This document shows positions 59,184-64,000 of a stretch of 64,000 nucleotides of DNA, piece after piece. The position numbers were made by a program, and so were the translations under genes. The notes below the pieces were generated by a model. That model saw nothing but the letters and a program-made list of their open reading frames with translations. It did no database searches and had not been told where the DNA came from. The stretch covers positions 8,687 through 72,686 of the forward strand of contig CAZNES010000011.1 of the NCBI GenBank assembly GCA_964572145.1, written 5' to 3'. This DNA is from an uncultured Syntrophobacteraceae bacterium (GTDB lineage: Bacteria; Desulfobacterota; Binatia; UBA9968). Within the stretch, counting starts at the first letter, position 1, and each line of letters opens with the position of its first letter.

Positions 59184-59921
59184 TTTATACAGCCACTGCG
59201 GCGTGAAACGGATGGCGTAGGTGTTTAGGAAGGTCATATAGTCAGTAACAAGGAGAATCCCCACAACAACCAACAGGAAACCAGCGCCCATATGGACGGC
59301 GTGAATGTAGCGGCGAAAGCTTGTGAAAAAAAGAAAAAACGAATTTAACGCCACCGCGCTGAGAAAAAACGGAACGGCCAGCCCCGCAGCGTAAGTGGTG
59401 AGCAGCAACATTCCCATGTTGATCTCTGCTGAGGTCCCGGCCAAAGTCAGAATCGATCCCAAGATCGGGCCGACGCACGGAGTCCACGCCACGGCAAAGG
59501 TGAGGCCGATCAGCACCGATCCGAGATAGCCGACGGGCTTGTCCCTCAGATGGTTCAACTGAAACTGCAGGTAGCGGCCCAACAGCGGAATTTTCAAAAC
59601 CCCCAGGAGATAGGCCCCCACAAAAATGATGAGAATCCCGCCGACGATGCGGATGATCTTACGGTATCCCAAAAACAGGCTTCCCAAAAAGCTCGCCGAA
59701 GCACCGAAGGAGATAAAGATCAATGAGAAGCCGAAGATAAACGCAAGCGAGTTTGAAATCACGCGCCAGCGCACTTGGCTTGTGACTTGAGCGGCGCGCA
59801 TCTCTTCCAAGGAAACGCCCGAGATGAACGAGAGATAGGAAGGAACAAGCGGCAGCACGCAAGGAGAGAGAAAGGAAAGCACCCCGGAAGTAAAAGCGAC
59901 TATAAAGTTGATTTCGCTCAT
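59175..59921 (-). CDS. ccdA: cytochrome c-type biogenesis protein CcdA (DsbD transmembrane-domain family)
   Basis: 248 aa. The two conserved Cys segments LSPCVLPLVP and WTPCVGPILG. Confidence 0.9.
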   Translation of the reverse strand: MSEINFIVAFTSGVLSFLSPCVLPLVPSYLSFISGVSLEEMRAAQVTSQVRWRVISNSLAFIFGFSLIFISFGASASFLGSLFLGYRKIIRIVGGILIIFVGAYLLGVLKIPLLGRYLQFQLNHLRDKPVGYLGSVLIGLTFAVAWTPCVGPILGSILTLAGTSAEINMGMLLLTTYAAGLAVPFFLSAVALNSFFLFFTSFRRYIHAVHMGAGFLLVVVGILLVTDYMTFLNTYAIRFTPQWLYKRL

Positions 59922-60484
59922 CGCTTGCCGTCGAGCAGATCCTGAATGAGCTGCTTGGCGCCCGCGCTATCCCACTGAGCCGGTCCCCACATTCTCGCTA
60001 GGCCCTCGCCCTTGGGGCCGATCAGATAAGTCGCGGGCAACCCCCAAGCTCCATAAAGAAGACCCACTTCGCCGTCCGGATCGAGCATGACCGGATAGGT
60101 GATTTTGAGTTCCTTTAGGAAGGCGACTGCGTCCTTAGGGTTGTCTTTCACGTCCACGGCGAGAATCGTGAATCCCTTGCTTTTATACTGCTGGTAGAGC
60201 CGCTCCATCGCGGGCATCTCTTCCCGGCAGGGAAGGCACCAAGTGGCCCAAAAATTGAGCAGGACCAATTTGCCGCGAAAATCTTTCAGCGCGCCTTTTT
60301 TTCCGGACAGATCGGCAAGGGTAAAATCGGGAGTCGGCGAACTGTCCTTCGTCGGCTCCAGATTGGGAACGACCTTGTAGTTCAGCCCGGGAGCGCGACC
60401 GCTCTGGCCCCAACTCTCTCCGTTTCCAAGCCAAAGAGCCAAAAGCAGAAGAAAAAACAATCCTATGAACCGCTGGCTAATCAT
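59918..60484 (-). CDS. TlpA/ResA-like periplasmic thiol:disulfide oxidoreductase
   Basis: Signal peptide, the thioredoxin-fold WCLPC active site (FWATWCLPCREEMP). ATGA overlap with ccdA. Confidence 0.85.
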   Translation of the reverse strand: MISQRFIGLFFLLLLALWLGNGESWGQSGRAPGLNYKVVPNLEPTKDSSPTPDFTLADLSGKKGALKDFRGKLVLLNFWATWCLPCREEMPAMERLYQQYKSKGFTILAVDVKDNPKDAVAFLKELKITYPVMLDPDGEVGLLYGAWGLPATYLIGPKGEGLARMWGPAQWDSAGAKQLIQDLLDGKR

Positions 60485-60486
60485 AT

Positions 60487-61029
60487 CTAACGTTGATTGA
60501 TTTTCTTCACCTCTTTCAGTAGCTCGTCAGTGGAAATAAGGTCTTGTTCTCCATTGCTGGGCCTAACGCTCTTAAAACGGACGACCCCTTCCTTGTCGAT
60601 AATAAAATAGGACCGCTTGGTACGGCGTGTTGCTTCATCAAATATACCAAAGGCCTTCACAACCTTTTGATCCTGAATATCGCTGAGAAGGGGGTAATTC
60701 AATTTCAGAAAATCCGCAAAGGCCTTCTGGGAAAAGGTTGCGTTGGCACTTATGCCTAAGACCTCGGTGTTCTCTATCTCAAACTTTGTATAATTGTCCG
60801 CACCGGACGACAGAATATGCGTGATTCAGGTCGGGCTATAGTCCAGCAAGTAAAAATTAATCAGCACATTCTTTCCCCGAAGGCTACTCAGCTTGATTTT
60901 TCCTCCCTTCGTGCTGGGAAGTTCAAAGTCCGGCGCCTTATCTCCTACCTCCACCGCGAGGAGCAGAGTCGGAGACAGGAGAAGCACGAGGGCCAGAAAG
61001 ATTGATATGGTAGATCGCTTTCTCTTCAT
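60487..61029 (-). CDS. secreted Prx/AhpC-type peroxiredoxin with an in-frame TGA at the peroxidatic Cys position (candidate selenoprotein; otherwise a pseudogene)
   Basis: Signal peptide, then VGDKAPDFELPS...NVLINFYLLDYSPT-[TGA at 60826-60828]-ITHILSSGADNYTKF...KRSYFIIDKEGVVRFKSV. The two track ORFs (60826-61029 and 60487-60702) are in one frame. FYLLDYSPTUITH aligns with AhpC FYPLDFTFVCPTE. Confidence 0.6.
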
Positions 61030-61161
61030 AGCTTCCTCCTTTCGAAAACTATTTTACTCTAGCGGGCTCATGACGGAGAAGCAACACTTCTCATTTATCA
61101 GGCGGCTGACAAACCTTGTCCTTAGGCCGGTGAAAAAAGATCCCCGGAGCAAGGCTCTCGA

Positions 61162-62139
61162 TCACTTTATTACTTTATCCGCCCGCACGAGCAGGTTGGG
61201 CGGAATCGTCAGACCGATTCGCTTCGCTGCCTGGAGGTTGATGACCAGCTCGAAGCGCATGGGCTGCTCTATGGGCAGGTCGCTCGGCTTGGTCCCTTTC
61301 AGTATCTTGTCCACATAGGTCGCTGCGCGCCTGTACAAGTCGGCATCGTTCGGCCCATAGGATATGAGGCCGCCAGCGTCCACAAAATCCCTTGTCTGGA
61401 ACAGTGTCGGAAGGCCCCTTTTTGTCGCGAGGTCCACGATCCGTGATTGGTGAGTAATAGTGAGGGTGTCCGTCAGCGTAAAAAGAGCGCCGCCGCGCTT
61501 GCTGTTAGCGGTTCGGAATGCGCTTTCGAGATCGTTGGGACCCCGCGCCTCCAGGGATTGAAGCTGCAACCCCAACGTCCTTGCCGCGACCTGCGTCTCT
61601 TCGAGATCGCGGGCCTTGTCAGGATTGGCCGCGTTCCAGAGGACGGCCACACGGGAGAGTCCGGGAACTGCCTCTTTAAGGAGCTCGAGCCGTTTCCCGC
61701 TTAGCTCCCGGGCCAAGGCAGTTAGGCCCGTGACGTTCCCTCCTGGCCGCGCAAGGCTGGCGACGAGCCCCGTAGCAACAGAATCGCCACTGGCGGCCAT
61801 GACGATGGGAATCGTCCTGGTCGCTCGCTGGGCAGCAACGGCATCTAGCGTACCCGGCGTCACAATGACCTCAACCTTGAGACGGACCAGCTCAGCAGCG
61901 AGATCGAAGAGCCGATCGAGCTTTCCCTGTGCAAGTCGGTACTCAATGGCGATGTTCTTTCCCTCAACATAGCCTAGCTCGCGTAAGCCTTGGCGAAATG
62001 CCTCCTCGAGGGGCCCGAGCCCGGAGGCGGAGGTCAGATAACCTATTTTGCGGACTTTCGTCGGCTGCTGCGCTTCTGCTTGCGCCGGACCTCCGCACAG
62101 TGCCAGCATAATTAAAAGAAGACCAAGACTCTTTCTCAT
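61162..62139 (-). CDS. ABC-transporter substrate-binding protein (ABC_sub_bind / COG2984-type)
   Basis: Starts at MRKSLGLLLIMLALCGGPAQA (signal peptide). The periplasmic-binding fold blocks (KIGYL.., VEVIVTPGT). The upstream extension of the track ORF is not supported. Confidence 0.65.
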   Translation of the reverse strand: MRKSLGLLLIMLALCGGPAQAEAQQPTKVRKIGYLTSASGLGPLEEAFRQGLRELGYVEGKNIAIEYRLAQGKLDRLFDLAAELVRLKVEVIVTPGTLDAVAAQRATRTIPIVMAASGDSVATGLVASLARPGGNVTGLTALARELSGKRLELLKEAVPGLSRVAVLWNAANPDKARDLEETQVAARTLGLQLQSLEARGPNDLESAFRTANSKRGGALFTLTDTLTITHQSRIVDLATKRGLPTLFQTRDFVDAGGLISYGPNDADLYRRAATYVDKILKGTKPSDLPIEQPMRFELVINLQAAKRIGLTIPPNLLVRADKVIK

Positions 62140-62176
62140 AGCGCCTGAAGTTTCCGTCCGATGATTGTCCTGATCC

Positions 62177-63010
62177 TTACTCCCGTTCAGCAAACTCCGC
62201 AAGAAGGATTCCCTCGCCCGCTTTCTTGACGATCCAGCGGTGAATGTCTCTGACGATCTCTTCTCCGCCGCCTGCGCCACCCATGATCCAGTGGCCGTGG
62301 CCGGCGTAGTCGCGAAAATCCGCGCCGATCCGATCGGCGAGCTGCCGCAGCGACGCCGGCGGCGCGACTCGATCTTCGCCGGCGGCAACGACCAAGGCGG
62401 GCGGGCGAACCGCCATGAGATCGAGTTGCACGCGGCGCTCGAAGAACTCGCGGACAAGATGCGTGGAATCAACGACCAGACATCGGAGCGGCTCCAGATG
62501 CTCGCCGGGCGGCAGCGCGTTGAGCCAATGCTTGCGGAAATCTTTTTCATCGAGGCGAAAGGGCCGCCCCAAGAAAAGGAGCGGCGAATATTTTAACCGC
62601 AAAAGCCGGAGCGCGCGCGGCAACTCCGGCATCGCCGCTCTCGAAGGCAAGCTTGCAAGCAGCACCAACGCGGAGGTTTCTACTTGCCCAGCGGCCTTCT
62701 GCGCCACGAGCCCTCCCAAATCGTGTGCCAGGAGCACCGGCGGAAATTCGCTTGCGCGGATAACTTCTTTGAGATCGTCGACGCAGTCCTGAAAGCTCAA
62801 TCGGCTCAGAACCTCGAGCGCATTTTTTTCGTATCGGCCCCTGAAATTTACCGACCAGCACTCCCAACCTAAATTCGAAAAATGCGTCGCCCAGGAGCGC
62901 CAGCAGCGGCCGGAGGTCCACAACCCATGAACCAAGATCAGCGGGCATTTGAACTTCGCTCGCTCGGGAGACGAGACATCGAGGAGAATGTTGCCGATCC
63001 ACTTTTCCAT
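62177..63010 (-). CDS. alpha/beta-hydrolase family protein
   Basis: The start is taken at MEKWIGNILLDV. ILVHGLW (HG oxyanion) and LAHDLGG (nucleophile elbow). The track ORF's N-terminal extension runs into the repeat element. Confidence 0.65.
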   Translation of the reverse strand: MEKWIGNILLDVSSPERAKFKCPLILVHGLWTSGRCWRSWATHFSNLGWECWSVNFRGRYEKNALEVLSRLSFQDCVDDLKEVIRASEFPPVLLAHDLGGLVAQKAAGQVETSALVLLASLPSRAAMPELPRALRLLRLKYSPLLFLGRPFRLDEKDFRKHWLNALPPGEHLEPLRCLVVDSTHLVREFFERRVQLDLMAVRPPALVVAAGEDRVAPPASLRQLADRIGADFRDYAGHGHWIMGGAGGGEEIVRDIHRWIVKKAGEGILLAEFAERE

Positions 63011-63029
63011 GAGCAAGCCCGGATTGGTG

Positions 63030-63260
63030 TTTTCTTCCTTCGAGACCTTCGTGTCAGCCTGAGGCTGATCAGCCTCTCTTTTTGGCTGATCCTTCGTGGT
63101 CAAAATCTTCTCACCACGAAGAGCACGAAGTTTGGATCATTCATCGGACCAAGATCGCAGCGTTTCCTCGCGATTCTTTTTCCTTGGCGTCCTTTGCGTC
63201 TTTGCGCGAGAGAACGCATTTCGGTCCTTCTCTGTTATCGCGCCAAGACGCCAAGCTCGC
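63030..63260. repeat. MITE-like repeat, copy C
   Basis: 63040-63130 is near-identical to 56317-56410. The downstream TTGGCGTCCTTTGCGTCTTTGCGCG resembles copy B. Confidence 0.6.
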
Positions 63261-63717
63261 AAAGTTTTAATAGCGAATTGGAGTGCAAAATAACAAGGCC
63301 CTCACGGTTTGCCCGGAGGGCCTTGCACTTTGGGCAGCCAGGACGGCTACCCTATCGCCTGAGATGAGGAGGGTTTAACTCACCGCCGCCACACCACAAC
63401 CAAGCTGTTTACTTTTTCTTTTTCTTCTTGGCTTTTTTCTTTGCTGCCATAGGCGCCTCCTTCTTGGATTCCCCTGAACGGGGCATCTACGCTGGAGGTA
63501 GGAGTTGTCACTCAGGCGAACAGATTTTCTTTAAACCCTCCTACATTTGGTAGATGTGGACATTATAAAGACGCTAGTAATAGTGTGTCAAGAAAAAAAT
63601 GGCATTTTATTAGAATTGATGGAAATTTGTCGCGGGCAGTCTGTCCGGACTTTTCTATCGGCAGGCGCGAAATGTTTCCCGATGAAAGGAGCGGCGCGGA
63701 CGAATCGCCTGTCAGCT

Positions 63718-64000
63718 TTATTCTTTGATGCCGACGATGTTGATTGCGGTTACCGGACGCGCGAAGCCTTTGAGCTGCAACTCTGACAAAGGCTCGCTCT
63801 CGACGAGATGCTCCACTTTACTGAGCGTCTTTTGATTCGTCAAAATCTGGCCGCCCTTGGCTTCGTCGCACAGACGCGAAGCCAGATTCGTGACGTTACC
63901 GATAGCGCCGTAATCGATGCGGCCTTCAAAACCGATGTTTCCCAGCGTTGCATAGCCGCAGGCGAGACCGACACCCAAATCCAGATCGTAACCTTTCTTG
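63718..64000 (-). CDS. adenylate/guanylate cyclase catalytic-domain protein, C-terminal part; the gene continues beyond the window end
   Basis: GYATLGNIGFEGRIDYGAIGNVTNLASRL is the class III nucleotidyl cyclase signature. Confidence 0.7.
   Translation of the reverse strand, partial: KKGYDLDLGVGLACGYATLGNIGFEGRIDYGAIGNVTNLASRLCDEAKGGQILTNQKTLSKVEHLVESEPLSELQLKGFARPVTAINIVGIKE

Noticed and set aside
63380-63450. Tiny minus-strand ORF encoding MAAKKKAKKKKKK.
   Set aside because: It is a poly-Lys artefact of a poly-A/T tract and far too short to support.

Overview
This is a high-GC bacterial chromosomal segment, densely coding on both strands. Many extra six-frame ORFs are antisense shadows of real genes.

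The core backbone is housekeeping. It includes prmA-rsmE, gshB, eno, gcvH, ftsB, the purine genes purE/purD/purH, alr, tsaC, dksA, galU, the cell-shape operon mreB-mreC-mreD-mrdA-rodA, trxA, pepA, folE, lpxA and ppiD, plus an Fbp/Thi-type ABC importer. Three tRNA genes are present (Phe-GAA, Gly-CCC, Ala-CGC), and there is one tRNA-like chimera.

Interspersed accessory features:
1. A low-GC island between alr and a CsaA-like gene (33.5-37.5 kb). It carries a DGQHR (DndB/ParB-fold) protein, a 238-aa partner with a PD-(D/E)xK-like motif, a CopG-like two-gene cassette and a ParE/RelE toxin-antitoxin pair.
2. Three loci (DUF1015, histidine phosphatase, the 106-aa gene) where a small cassette has inserted at a gene end and left a diverged duplicate of that end.
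3. A Prx/AhpC-type peroxiredoxin whose peroxidatic Cys codon is an in-frame TGA, making it a selenocysteine candidate, sitting next to ccdA/tlpA.
4. A yacG-like ORF with an in-frame TGA at the conserved Trp position.
5. A secreted alpha/beta-hydrolase fused to a CxxCH c-type cytochrome domain.
6. A four-gene operon of unknown pathway: ACMSD-type amidohydrolase, ornithine cyclodeaminase-family protein and a split TPP decarboxylase of the ComD/ComE type.
7. Aromatic-catabolism-flavoured genes: LigB plus a small LigA-like gene, and two PhtD-like decarboxylase paralogs.
8. A MITE-like repeat family built on a TCAGCC-NGA-GGCTGA palindrome and CACGAAG/CTTCGTG arms, with at least three copies.
9. A tRNA-Ala 3' region with tandem repeats, followed 1.3 kb later by a pseudo-tRNA that reuses the tRNA-Ala 3' end. 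The pseudo-tRNA sits immediately before a codon-atypical P-type ATPase.

No CRISPR array and no rRNA were found. Everything here is inferred from reading the sequence. No database searches or folding were run.
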